In this document: piece by piece, positions 13,590 through 25,219 of the stretch | Layout of the letters: each line of letters opens with the position of its first letter | How positions within the stretch are numbered: the first letter of the stretch is position 1 | Assembly: GCF_963921235.1 (NCBI RefSeq) | Contig: NC_086097.1 | Span: 212,910,001-212,974,000 of the forward strand | Length of the DNA: 64,000 bases | Reading direction: 5' to 3' | Origin: Mobula hypostoma | Taxonomy: Eukaryota | Notes under the pieces: model-generated | Database searches by the model: none | What the model was told of the DNA's origin: nothing | What the model saw: only the letters and a program-made list of their open reading frames with translations | Made by a program: the position numbers and the translations under genes

Positions 13590-14065
13590 ATTGGAATTGG
13601 AACTGCAATTGGTTTATTGTTTCATGTACCAAGGTATATAAAAAACTTGTTCATACAGATCAATTTATTATAACAGTGCACTGAGGTATTACAAGGTGAA
13701 ACAATAGGAGAATGCAGAATAATGTTTAACAGCTATGGAGAAAATACAGTGCAGATAGGCAATAAGGAGCAAGATCATAATAAAGTCGATTTGAGGTCAA
13801 GAGTTCATCTTATTGCACTAGAGAACAATTTAATAGTCTTATAACAGTGTAGTAGATGCTATCCTTGAGCCTGACAGTACATGTTTTCAGACCTTTATGT
13901 CTATTGCCTCATGAAAGAGGAAAGAAGAGGAAAATGTCTGGGGTGGATGGGGCCTTCGATTATGCTGACTGCTTTACTGAGGTGGCAAGAAGTTCAGACA
14001 GAGTTCATGGAGGGGAGTTTGGTTTCCGTGGTGTGCTGACTATGTCTGCAACTCTCTGCAGTGTC
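13590..14065 (-). mobile_element. Rex1-type LINE 3' fragment
   Basis: (TTGGAA)n tail with TTTATT; IRTLQRVADIV motif on the minus strand. Confidence 0.7.
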
Positions 14066-15229
14066 CTGATGTCATGAGCAGATGGACTCAATAGGCCAAA
14101 TGGCCTAATTCTGTTCCTATACCTTATGGCGTTATGGCCTTCTGGTTTGAGATGTTTCTCTCCAAATTTTTTATTATTTTTAGTCCCTCTTAAAATTCCT
14201 TGGAGAAGGTTAACTGATTTGCGCTGGGGTATTTTGTTTTGCTGACCGCCCCCCCATGAAAACCGTCTCTTCATTACAGAGTCACTTGCTGTGTGTATCC
14301 CTTCTGACCAATGCCATCTCCCTTTGCACAGCTGTAAGATGAGACTATGAACATACCAAGGGGGGATTTCCCCCCATGCTGCTCTCCGAGCTCCACCTCA
14401 GGGTCCTCAGCCTCCAAGACTCCTTGCCATCGTCTCCCACAGCTCAGCCCTCTTGCCACCTTCAGCTGTTGTATTTGTCCAGTGGTGCATTCTGCCTGAA
14501 AATGAAGGAGTCACGTGTCCTTCCTGGAAACATACCATTCGCCACAAGGAGATCCTATAACATAGCGAGCTCTTGTGACCCATGAACACTGATTGTGGCT
14601 GCCCGTGCTTGTGGCAAGGCAGTACAATGAACGCTAAGACACAGCAATGGAATGTAAAATTGATCTCTCCACAACGTGGGTAATCACTCTGGTGGAATAC
14701 TAAGCAGCAAGTAGAGAAACATGGCAGAGATCTGCTCCAACTACTTGGAGGCATCCCGGGGCAAGGATGTGGGGAGTTAGCATAACCTTAAACTCCGTAT
14801 CTTTACATAGTCCAAGCATGAGAGCATGGTCAAGAATCTTTCTTAGAAGGCCACATATCTCAAAGATGACAGCTTTAGAAAAAACTGAGACTGCAGAAAC
14901 ATGCCATATAGAAATATGCCTCTATAGACACCACTGAGGTCACTATTGCTGTGCTTTTTCTTCCTGCTCCAAAGTCCCTGACCCACCCCAAGTGTAAAGT
15001 AATTTCCATAAAGGCACCACCAGCAGTGACACCATTAAATTAATATCACAGCCCCTAAGTGATGCAAGACTAACAGGGTGAAGGTTTTTAAGCAATTCAG
15101 TCAAGTCTCCTGTTGTTTCTTAGCAAAAAAAAAACAACGAAGTTGTGCAATGCTTTCCTTGTCCTACAGAGACTGGTATCTGACAGTTGTCATATGGAGC
15201 ATTATTGAAGATACAATCTTAAAAATGTA

Positions 15230-15590
15230 GAAACATGATATACATTTATATAGCACTTTATTATGATCTCAGAACTTTGAGAATAGCAATGAATTATAGT
15301 AACTATCATTACACAAGCAAATGCAATTGCCAAAATGCACACAGCTTGGTTCCAGAAACAACAAGTGAGGTAATTGAGAGATGAATGTTGGGCAAGACAC
15401 CAGGAGAACTCCTGTTTCTCTTAAAATGCTGCCAAGGAATTGTTTACATTCACCCCAAACACTGGGACAGGCATTCTGCTTAACATCTCATCTCTCATGC
15501 AATAGGATTAGCCAAGACACTGTTCTTGAATCTCAAAATGGGAGATGAATATAAAATCTTTTCCTTTATTATTAATTGAGCCAGGCCAAT
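15230..15590 (-). mobile_element. Old DeuSINE-like element
   Basis: ATTTATATAGCACTTT tail, GGGCAAGACACCAGGAGAACTCCTG core, TTGAGCCA head end. Confidence 0.55.
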
Positions 15591-15834
15591 ATCAGAATCA
15601 GAATCAGGTTTAATATTACAGGCATATGTTGTGAAATTTGTTGTTCTGTAGCAGCAGTATATTACAATACATAATAATAAGAATTGTGAATTACAGTAAG
15701 AAGTATATATATATTTACTGTAACTGCACCCATGAACACTACCTCACTACTCTTCTGTAAGTAGTGCAAAAAAGTAGTGAGGTATTATTACCACAAAGAA
15801 GAGAAAATCCGCAGAAACTGGAAATCCAAGCAAC

Positions 15835-16405
15835 ATACTCCATCCACCAGAAAAGGCGAGATCTCCCATTGGCCACCCACTTCAAGTCCACTTGCCATTC
15901 CAATTCCAACATGTCAGTCGATGACCTCCTCTACTTCCGCAATGAGGCCACACTCAGGTTGGAGGAGCAACACCTTATATTCCATCTGGGTAGCTTCCAA
16001 CCTGATGGCATGAACATCGTTTTCTTGAACCTTTGTGGTAGTGCCCCACCACCCTTCACTATTCCCCATTCTGTTTCCATCTTTCACCTTATTTCCTTAC
16101 CTGCCTGTCACTTCCCTCTGGTGCTCCTCCCCCTCTTCTTCCTTCCATGGCCTTCTGTCCTCTCTGATTAGATTCCCCCTTCTCAAGCCCTATATCGCTT
16201 TCACCAATCAACTTCCCAGCTATATATTTCCTCCCTCCTGGTTTCATCTACCACCTTGTGGTTCTTCCTCCCCTCCCCATACTTTCTTACTCTGACTCCT
16301 CACCTTTTTATCCAGTCCTGATGAAGGGTCTCGGCCCAAAATGTCAACTGTACTATTTTCCATAGATGCTGCCTGGCCTGCTGAGTTCCTCCAGCATTTT
16401 GTGTT
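15835..16405 (+). mobile_element. Penelope-like element 3' end (GIY-YIG C-terminus + pseudo-LTR)
   Basis: DLPLATHF..H....MSV..L....EATLRLEEQHLIFHLGS.QP.GMN; pyrimidine-rich tract; terminal repeat with a hammerhead motif. Confidence 0.9.
16313..16350 (+). ncRNA. Minimal type-I hammerhead ribozyme motif, decayed
   Basis: CAGTC-CTGATGA-A-GGG tctcgg CCC-(G>A)AAA-(C>T)GTC-(G>A)ACTG; all three changes are CpG-type transitions from the Penelope hammerhead consensus. Confidence 0.75.
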
Positions 16406-16960
16406 GAATGAGGTACTGTCCATGGGTTCAATTTCTATTCAGAGGGGAAAAGGCTGTTCCTCAATCATTGAGTGTGTACCTTCAGGCTCCTGTAGCTCCT
16501 CCTGATGATGGCAATGAGAAAGGGCCACACCCTTGCTGATGGACATCTTTAATGATGGATGTCATTTCTTTGAGGCAGCACTCCTTGATGATGACCTGGA
16601 TGCTGGGAAGGCTAGTGCCCATGATGAAGCTGACTGAGTTTGAAATCTTCTGCAGATTCTTCTGATCCTGCATAGTACCCCACTCATACCAGATTGTGAT
16701 GCAACCAGTTAGAATGCTCTCCACAGTACATCTGTAGAAATTTGTTAGTGTCTTCATTGACATGCCAAATCTCCTCAAACTCCTAATGAAACATAGTCAC
16801 TATTGTGTCTTCTTTGTAGCTGCATCAAGATGTTGGGCCCAGGATAGACCGTCAGAGATGCTGACACCCAGGAATTGAAATTGCTCACTCTTTCCACTTC
16901 TCCTCTATGAGGACTGGTGTGTGTTTCCTTGTCTTACCCTTTCTGAAGTCCACAATCAAT
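16405..16960 (-). mobile_element. Rex1 LINE RT C-terminal fragment
   Basis: RRFGMSMKTLTNFYRCTVESILTGCIT.WY. Confidence 0.9.
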
Positions 16961-17071
16961 AATCAGTTGTCCAAAAATTCACATGTTATAATTGGCAATT
17001 TTTAAAGCATCTCTTTTTTTTTTCTGAAGACAAAGCCTTGAACTAATTTGTTTTAGCAGAAGCCAACAACC

Positions 17072-17144
17072 AATTCGGTCTCAATGGAGAGACAAACAGC
17101 TCTGGGTTTTCCTGTTCTGTTTGTCTTCCCATTGAGACTGAATT
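17072..17144. repeat. Isolated near-perfect inverted repeat (28-bp arms, 17-nt loop)
   Basis: Arms 17072-17099 and 17117-17144 give 25 Watson-Crick pairs, 2 G-U and 1 mismatch as + strand RNA. Confidence 0.9.
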
Positions 17145-17948
17145 TCTCTGTCAACTCCACAAGTTATCACTTACTCGAGAAAAGGCAAGAAAATTGGTTC
17201 GAGAATCTTCCCTTATTGAATTCATAGTCACTGCTAGTGGGTAAATCACAGAGGAACCCCTAGTTAGCTCCTTGTAATTGAAATATTGATATAAGACCAT
17301 TAGACATAGGAGCAGAATGAGGGCATTCGGCCCATTGGGTCCACTCGGCCATTCTATCATGACTAATTTACTATCTCTCTCAATCACATTCACCTGCCTT
17401 TTTCCTGTAACCTTTGAAGCCCTGACTAATGAACTTCTGATCAATGACTTGGCCTCAACAGCCATATGTGTCAATGAATCAATGAATTCCACAGATTCAC
17501 TGCACTTTGGCAAAAGAAATTTCTTCTCATCTCTGTTCTAAATGGAAGTCCCTCTATTCTGAGGTTGTGTCCTCTGCCCCTAGACTGTCTCACGATAAGA
17601 ATCATTCTTTCCAATCCACTGTCTCTGGACCTTTCAATATTTGATAGGTTTCAATGAGATCCCCTCCCCCACCATTCTTCTAGACTCCAGAAAGTACAGA
17701 CCCAGAGCCATCAAATGTTCCTCATATGTTAACCTTTTCATTCCCAGAAGCATTCTTGTGAACCTCCTCTGGATCCTCACCAATGGCAGCACAACTTTTC
17801 TTAAATAAGGAGCCCAAAACTGCACACAGTACTCCAGTTGTGGTCTGAATGAGGCCTTATAAAACTTAGCATTACATCCTTACTTACATATTCTAGTCCT
17901 CTCAGAAGAAATGCTAACATTGCATCCGTCTTCCTTGCCACTGATTCA

Positions 17949-18486
17949 AAGTTGATTTATACTTGTGTGTCAACTTGACGCTGTAGGTACGGTGTCGCCG
18001 CAAACCCTACACAGAACCTACGCGGATCCCTACGCCGTAGCCCGATGCGCACCTCTCCCAAAATGTAACTACGCATCACAGCAACGCAGACCGCAACAAC
18101 TGTGATTGGTCCACCTGGTAGCATCGCATTTCCTCCTACATTGCAATAGCTTCCCATTGGCCAACTGAAGGGCAGGGAAGGAACCCTGGCTGCAATGCTT
18201 TCCATAAAGCTTTACAGACCTCCGAAATCATGGAGGATACATTTCACTTTTACGAAAAAAGACGCTCGCTTTAAACTTGTTTACCCTGAGAAAGACTACC
18301 ATGACCATGAAGCCTTGCGCGGGCTGGTGTGTGTGTGTGTGTGTGTGTGTGTATGGGCACTCGGCGACATGTCCGAATTGCAGAGTGATGCAGACACACC
18401 AACGCACAAGTATAAATGCTCACAACGCGCGTAGGCCACTTGCGTAGGTTACGGCGTCAAGTTGATGCAGAAGTATAAATCAGCCT
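17949..18486. mobile_element. PIF/Harbinger-type MITE (538 bp)
   Basis: About 35-40-bp imperfect TIRs (AAGTTGATTTATACTTGTGTGTCAACTTGACG / CGTCAAGTTGATGCAGAAGTATAAATCAGCCT); 3-bp TSD TCA at 17946-48 and 18487-89; removal restores continuous CR1. Confidence 0.9.
18327..18352. repeat. (GT)n microsatellite inside the MITE
   Basis: Direct inspection. Confidence 0.95.
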
Positions 18487-19629
18487 TCACCCTGAAAGTT
18501 AACTTTTAGGCAATCCTGCACAAGGACTCCCAAGTCCCTTTCTACCTCTGATTTTTGAATTTCCTCCCCACTTAGAAAATAGTCTACGCCTTTATTTCTT
18601 CTACAAAGTACATAACCATATACTTCCCTACACTATATGCCACCACTCCTTTGCCCATTCTCCCAATCTGTCTAAGTCTTTCTGCAGATATATTATTTTA
18701 TACAAAATGGAAGTAAGACAAATACATTACCGTGCATGCTAAGTCATAGGAAGTGATATCGTATTTGATTTTATTAACAAGAGAATATAAAAGCAGAACT
18801 CTAATTTTAATCTCCATGTATTGCTTATTTTCTCATTGGCCTGACAAATGTAAGTCTTCTCTTAATTAAACAATTATTTGTTTTCTATATTCCTTTGACC
18901 AGTTCTAACGTTACACAAATTGAATTTGGTGATTTTTTTCCCTGATTTTCATATGAATTATTACATAATTAGAGGGTAGTAATTGTTCTTGCTATGGTAC
19001 AGTGAATAATTAATAAATTCAAAAGAGCAAATTAAAAGTGAAAAGTATAAGTAAGTAAGTTTCTTACCCATGTAATGACTTTTTTAACCTATTATTAATC
19101 ATTTTCTATGACGGATTCTGAATTATTATGTTGGCTCTAAAGGATTTAAATGCAGTTGCCCTATCCAGCATTTTATGTGGAGATCAAATATGTTCATTCT
19201 ACAGAAAGTAGACTCAAAGATGGATGGAATTACCAAAAGCAATAACAAATTTCCTTTTGTTTTACAATAAAAATGTATATTATTTAAAATTGTACAGGGC
19301 ACTAATGAGGCCACACCCAAAGTGCAGTGCACACTTTTGGTCCCCTTATTTAACTAAGGATATACCAGCATTGAAGACAATCTTAAAGAGATTCAAAAGG
19401 CAAATTTCTGGGATGAAAGAGTTGTCCTTTCACAAGCAGCTAAAGACTCTTTACCTTTTAGGAGTTTAGAAGTATGAAAGATGATCTTATTGAAATGCAA
19501 AAGATCCTGAAGGAGCATGACAAGATGTCTCCACTCGGCCAAGAATTTTAAACAAGGGGACATGGTTATCAAGATTACGTAGCCTGAGGTCTGCAGAAAC
19601 TTCTCGCAGAGTATAATGAATTTCTGGAG

Positions 19630-19793
19630 CAACACACACAAAATGCTGGAGGAACTCAGCAGGTAGGCAGCATCTAAAGAGAGGAATAAGCAATCGACCT
19701 TTCAGACCAAGACTCTTCATCAGCACACCGAGTTCCTCCTGGATTTCACATGTGCTGCTCTGGATTTCTGGCACCTGCAGAATCTTTTGTTTA
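19630..19793 (-). mobile_element. Short palindromic Penelope-derived element with a hammerhead core
   Basis: Inverted ends AAAATGCTGGAGGAACTC / GAGTTCCTCCTGGATTT; minus strand reads CTGATGA-AGAGTCTTGGTCT-GAAA-GGTC. Confidence 0.75.
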
Positions 19794-19839
19794 TAGTGAG
19801 TTTCTCTCAGGGGGTTGTGGAGGCATGATCATTAAGGGT

Positions 19840-20563
19840 GTTCAGAGGTTCAAACGTTCATTTTATTATGAAAGTACAACTCTTAGAATACAACTCTGAG
19901 ATTTGTCTTCCCCAGATAGCTATGAAACACAGGAAAACATTAGAAGTAGTTGAAAGAAAAGATGTCAACCCCCTGCACAAAAAAAAACAAAAACTCGTAA
20001 ACTCCAATCCCCCACCACCACTCCCTAACACAAAAACCAACAAATCGCCCACCCAGAAAACAGCAACTAGAACATCAAACTCCAATCCCCCAACCCTCTC
20101 CCTCGCACAAAAATCTGACAGATCACCCCCACTGAGAAAGAGTAACAAGAACTTCAAACCACAACCCCCAACTCCCTCCCTCACACAGAACACTAATATA
20201 TCGTCTTCACAGAGAAATAGCAACCAAGATATCAAACCCCAAACCCCCAAAACCCTCCCTCACACAAAAAAATTAATATATCGCCCACATGGAGAAATAG
20301 CAACAAGGACATCAAACTCCCAGCCCGCCAATCAGCAACAAGAAAGAATATGCGAAAACACAGAAAACAAACAGAACTGAAAGAGGCCAATATGAACTAC
20401 AGTTCAATCCTCAGAATTTCAATAACATCTCTGACAGCGTCAAAGAAAGCAACTGCTCGAACCCAGTGGCCTTTCTGAGGAGAGCAACTCAAATCCTGCT
20501 GCAGCTTCAAGGAGATCAACTTGAACCCAGGGGCCCCTCTGAGGGGGTGTCTCAAGCCCAGTG
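19840..20563 (-). mobile_element. Non-autonomous retroelement (Rex1-like tail) with internal minisatellites
   Basis: Tail matches the copy at 49050-49290; ~79-bp units near 20042, 20120, 20198, 20278; ~31-bp units at 20455-20560; degenerate TSD ATTAAGGGT/ATTAAAGAT. Confidence 0.65.
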
Positions 20564-20984
20564 ATTAAAGATAAAGTAGATAAATGTTTGGGAGATCAGA
20601 GAATTGAAGACTCTAGTGAACTGGTACAGAAGGTGAGATGACTCATGAAGCAGATCAACTGTGATTGCATTAAACGGCAGGGTAGGCTTGAATAGCAGAT
20701 GCTCCTATTCCTAATTTTTTTATGTTCTTATGTGGTAATAACGTTAGCATTGAGACTGAGAATCAATTCTCAGCTCAAGTGGGTTACACATGGCTTTAGG
20801 ATGAACCATTTCCAAAGCTGTTGTTTTCTGGAGAACCAATGACAAATTAAGGCAGACAGCGCAGTTTCAACAAAGCCTCATTAAAGAACCAACATCATCC
20901 AAAAAGTGCAACATGATCATTGTCCCTTGTGAGACTGTAAAGAGATCAACTACCTGAAACGCAAAATGGTGACAAACAAATGGG

Positions 20985-22120
20985 ATGGTGGCCTTTTTGC
21001 AAAGGCATGCTGGGGAAATTTTGAAACAACTCTATGGAGCACTGTTCAGACCATACTTCAAGTTCTGTACTCATTTTTATAATATTTAAAGAAGGATGCA
21101 TTTGCATTGGAAGTAATGCTTAGAATATCCATTAGCTTGATTCTTGAGGTGATGTGCTAGGCATATATAGAAACGTTAAGCAGGTGGGCCTACTCTAAAT
21201 GAAACTGAGAGCATTAAGAGGAGATCTTATTGAACTATATAGGATGCCAAGAGAGACTGACAAGATGGATGCAGAGAAGACATCAGCCCCAGCATACTTA
21301 CCTAAAATTATGGCATGTGCAAAAGTTTTAGTCACATATACACAGTCAGGGTTCCTAAGACCTTTACACGTTCTTCTTGTCATTTTATAAATTGCACTGA
21401 ACTGTTGCTGCAAAAAACAACAAATTTCATGACATATAAACCTGATTCTGATATGGGTCTCTCCTGAGAGTGGGAAGGGGGCAGGGAGAGGGGAATCACA
21501 GTTGGAAAAAGGGGAAGGAAGCAGGGTGGGAGTGGAGGCACCAGAGAGACATTCTGTAATGATCAATAAACCAATTGTTTGAAATCTAATGACCCTGGCC
21601 AATGTTTCACGGCTGGGTGTATCTGCACCCATGGCATGTGCCCTCCTCCTGCCCTGGCAACTTCTCTGCCACCTGTCTGGCCCCCTCCCACTGCACTCCA
21701 CCCTGGGCATTCCCAACATTCTTTGCCTCCATCAGATTTACGAACTTACTCTCCTCTCCACGTTGCCAAATACAGTACTGCACAAAATTCTTAGGCAGCT
21801 TAGCTAAATATATGCACTTTTGCACGGTACTGTAGATTCAATATAAGACATTGTCCATTTCAAATGGGGATGGAAAGGAAGTAACCCCTGTGCATCATGA
21901 ATATTTTGAATTCTTTACCCTAGAAAGCTATGAAGGTGAATTCATTAAATAAATTTTAAGGCAGATTGATAAATACTTAAATTACTGTATAAGCTGATAA
22001 TGGGCACGGGGAGAGAGCAGAAAAGTGGGTTTAGGGCAAAGATTAGATCACACTTGACCTTATTGAATGGTGGACCAGACTCAAGGAACAAACTGGCCTA
22101 ATCCTGCTTCTGTTCCTTAT
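20985..22120 (+). mobile_element. Old CR1 3' region with nested small elements
   Basis: LRALRGDLIELYR motif; CR1 3' UTR near 22040-22120. Confidence 0.75.
21773..21832. mobile_element. 60-bp Tc1/mariner-type mini-MITE
   Basis: TA|CAGTACTGCACAAAA...TTTTGCACGGTACTG|TA; degenerate second copy near 21315-21370. Confidence 0.85.
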
Positions 22121-22299
22121 GTGAATCAGGGCCACTAACAGACAGCATGCTCAGGTGAAGACAGTTCTATGCTTCAAGTTACAATGTCATATCAAAGGAA
22201 TCAATTTACCATCCCAGCTTTCTGTTTCCAAGGACAATGTTAGGTGGGTGAATCTAAGTCATTCATTTATTCATTAACTTGTGCTCCCTTTTTAGTAGG

Positions 22300-22625
22300 T
22301 ACCATAAGACTGTAAGACATAGGAAAAAAATTGGGCCATTCAGCCTATCGTGTCTGCCCTGCTATTCCATCATGACTGATACTGGATCCCACTCAACCCC
22401 ATACACCTGCCTTCTCACCATATCCTTTGGTGCCCTGACCGATCAGGAAACGATCAACTTCCATCTTAAATATACCCACAGACTTGGCCTCCACTGCAGT
22501 CAGTGGCAGAGCATTCCACAGATTCACTACTCTCTGGCTAAAATCAATTCCTCCTTATCTCTGTTCTAAAGCATCACCCCTCAATTTTGAGGCTGTGCTC
22601 TCAGGTTCTAGACCAACATCCTCAA
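22300..22625 (-). mobile_element. CR1 3' fragment
   Basis: CATAAGAC-type tail and CR1 3' UTR. Confidence 0.85.
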
Positions 22626-23509
22626 AAGCACAGTATTATTATTGCTGTTAGTTATCACAAATAAGTCACTACACGAATGATTCTTTAAAACGTCTTCCTA
22701 GTATGTGAGCTCCTGCAAATGTCCTGCAAAGATGTTGATGTGTCTTCATGTTAGTCTTCTGCAGTCCTGAGAAGATGATGTTCCCAGGATGGCATTCCGG
22801 AGGGATTTCCATCTTTATAAGCTCAATGACAATAAAGCTGATATATCCACACCAGGAGGGGAACTTCAGAGATAGTAATATTCTCTTGGCATCTTGCACA
22901 TAATTGTACATTTTCAAATTGCAGCCAATGTTGAAAACGAACTTGCTACAGGAAGGGAAAAAGGGGTCCCCTATGAGATCATCCAAAGTAATTTTACGAA
23001 CTAGATTGTATAAAAAATGTGAATTAAAAATATCACTACCATTAAAATTCAAATAAGAATCTCATAATCAGGAAATCAAAAATTAATTAAGTCTCTGCAT
23101 GATTATGCACTCAAATGAGTAACTTAGAATTAGTAAATAGATCACCAGCACAGCAGTGCATTTCTATGAATAAAATTTAGAGAGGGTAAACTGTGAGCTA
23201 TTACAGATGATTAATCCAAATAATCAGAGACTGAGCCTGCAGATCATTTCACATTCACTGATATGCTAACATTAAATTCTCAGTGTTTACTGTAAAACAT
23301 AACCAGAAAGTGGCAGTGGTGTTATAATTAATATTTACCAACCAAAAGTCAGCTGATGCATGTGTGCTTGATTTAATATTCAGTGAGCACAACTGAAATC
23401 ACTAAAAGTAAATGATAGTATACCAATTAACTATTTAATGATTATAGGTTATTCATGACCCTAAACTTATATATTTTTAGCAATAATATCTTCGTATACA
23501 AGCATCTAA

Positions 23510-24115
23510 ATTAGGAGTAGGAGCAGGCCACCTTCAGGCATGTACCACTATTTAGTAAGGTCATGGCCGATTTGACTGTAACCTCAACTCTGTGTTTCCT
23601 TCTACTTACAGCAACCATTTGGCCCCATGCTTATCCAGAATCTATCAAGCTCTGCCTTAAAAATATTCAAAAGCTTTATTTTCACTGCTCTTTGGGGAAG
23701 AGAGTTGTAAAGACTCAGCACCCTCTGAAGGAATAAATTTCTTAAATAGACAGCCATTTATTTTTAAACAGAGACCTCCTAGTTCTAGGTTCTCCCACAA
23801 GGAAGCTTCCTCTACAGATAAACCTATTAAGTCTAGGAAAGATGTTATATACTTTAATCGAGTAAGCATACATTTCCAAACTTCAGTGGATACAAGCCTT
23901 ACCATTCATCCCTTCCTTGTACGGCATTCCGTGTATCAATTAAGTAAACCTTCTCAAAACTGCTGCCAGTTCATTAACAACTTTCTTAAATAACCTATCC
24001 AATTCCCACTGTAACCTCCTCATGTCCTCTTCATAACCTACTTTCCACCCAAGCTTTGTTTCATCAGCAAGCACACTTCAGGTACCTTCATTCAAGTCAT
24101 TTATATAAGTTGTCT
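23510..24115 (-). mobile_element. Old CR1 3' fragment
   Basis: TAGGAGTAGGAGCAGGCCA tail; degenerate ORF2 C-terminus. Confidence 0.75.
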
Positions 24116-25219
24116 GTGAATTCTTCCTATACACTTCACTTGATTATTCCTTTAGAATCTTCTTAAAAAGTTAGCCAGTCAAAATCAGTTTTAAAAAAAA
24201 GACGGTGAAAACAGATAGACCAAAAATTTAAAGCAGTGAAGTACTAGGCTTGGGAAGGTGTTTAACACCACATAAGAAACCCAAAAGCCAATGCCACATT
24301 TTTGTCAGTGTCTTATTCACCAAGGCATAGCATTAACATATAATTTCCAGATTTATGAACTAACAACCATTAGCAAGTGTGATGACAAGTCACTTAACAG
24401 TATTTTAAAAATTTATGTTCTATATAATTTCTATTTCTACTTAATTTTTACCTTATATATTATGAATAATTGAGACACTAAAATACACCACACACCACTA
24501 TCGAATAACTAAGTAACAACCACTTCCATATGTACATGAATAATATATATCATACATACACACACACACACACGTAATTCTATTTCTTATTATTCAGCAC
24601 AACCTGCATTACAAATCAATTGTTATTCATGAAAATTAATCCTTTCCTTATATTCTGATCCTAAATCTACTATTAGCAATACTTATCATTATAATGTCAC
24701 AAACAAAATTTAATACCAGAAAATCTATGCCACAACCCACAAGTGAATGTGACATTAAAATAATACATCAGTATAAATTGTGGGCTAATGGCTAGAAATT
24801 CCAGTTATTCAAGTATTTGTGTAGATTCTCCATATTGAGTGACCAACAAGGTTATGCTACTGACCATTTAAATTGTGGAGTAGGAAATCATGACATTTCT
24901 AGATCAGGACAATTATGTATCTTCTGAAGATGGTATTTTTGACTCCACAATCTTAACTGGGAAAAAAAGTGTTGCAATGTTATATTTATAGCTAGATTAT
25001 TCTTCGGGCTTGTTATTATGCTGTGAATATTATTTCACTTTATATTCTAGGTTCAGCTTCACTCTTTCACATTCAGTATGTTTGTTTTAATATCAGCACT
25101 CAATTAAGCTGTTAGACATCGAATCATAGGATGATCTGCATTAAAATATTTCGCTGCTAAAAGTTGTACATTGAGAATTAGTTAAAATGCTGCTTAGACT
25201 GAACTTGTGAAATTCCAGT

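Larger units (their letters stand above)
17290..18690 (-). mobile_element. CR1 3' region, interrupted by a MITE
   Basis: QFWAPYLRK..IQRRFTRM motif; CR1 tail at 17290-17310. Confidence 0.92.
19215..20735 (+). mobile_element. Old CR1 3' region with two nested insertions
   Basis: LYRALMRPH..FWSPYL.KDI motif; CR1 tail near 20700-20735. Confidence 0.8.

Noticed and set aside
19838..20380. 180-aa Pro/Thr/Lys/Asn-rich ORF
   Set aside because: Lies antisense in a C/A-rich minisatellite; stop codons are absent because of base composition
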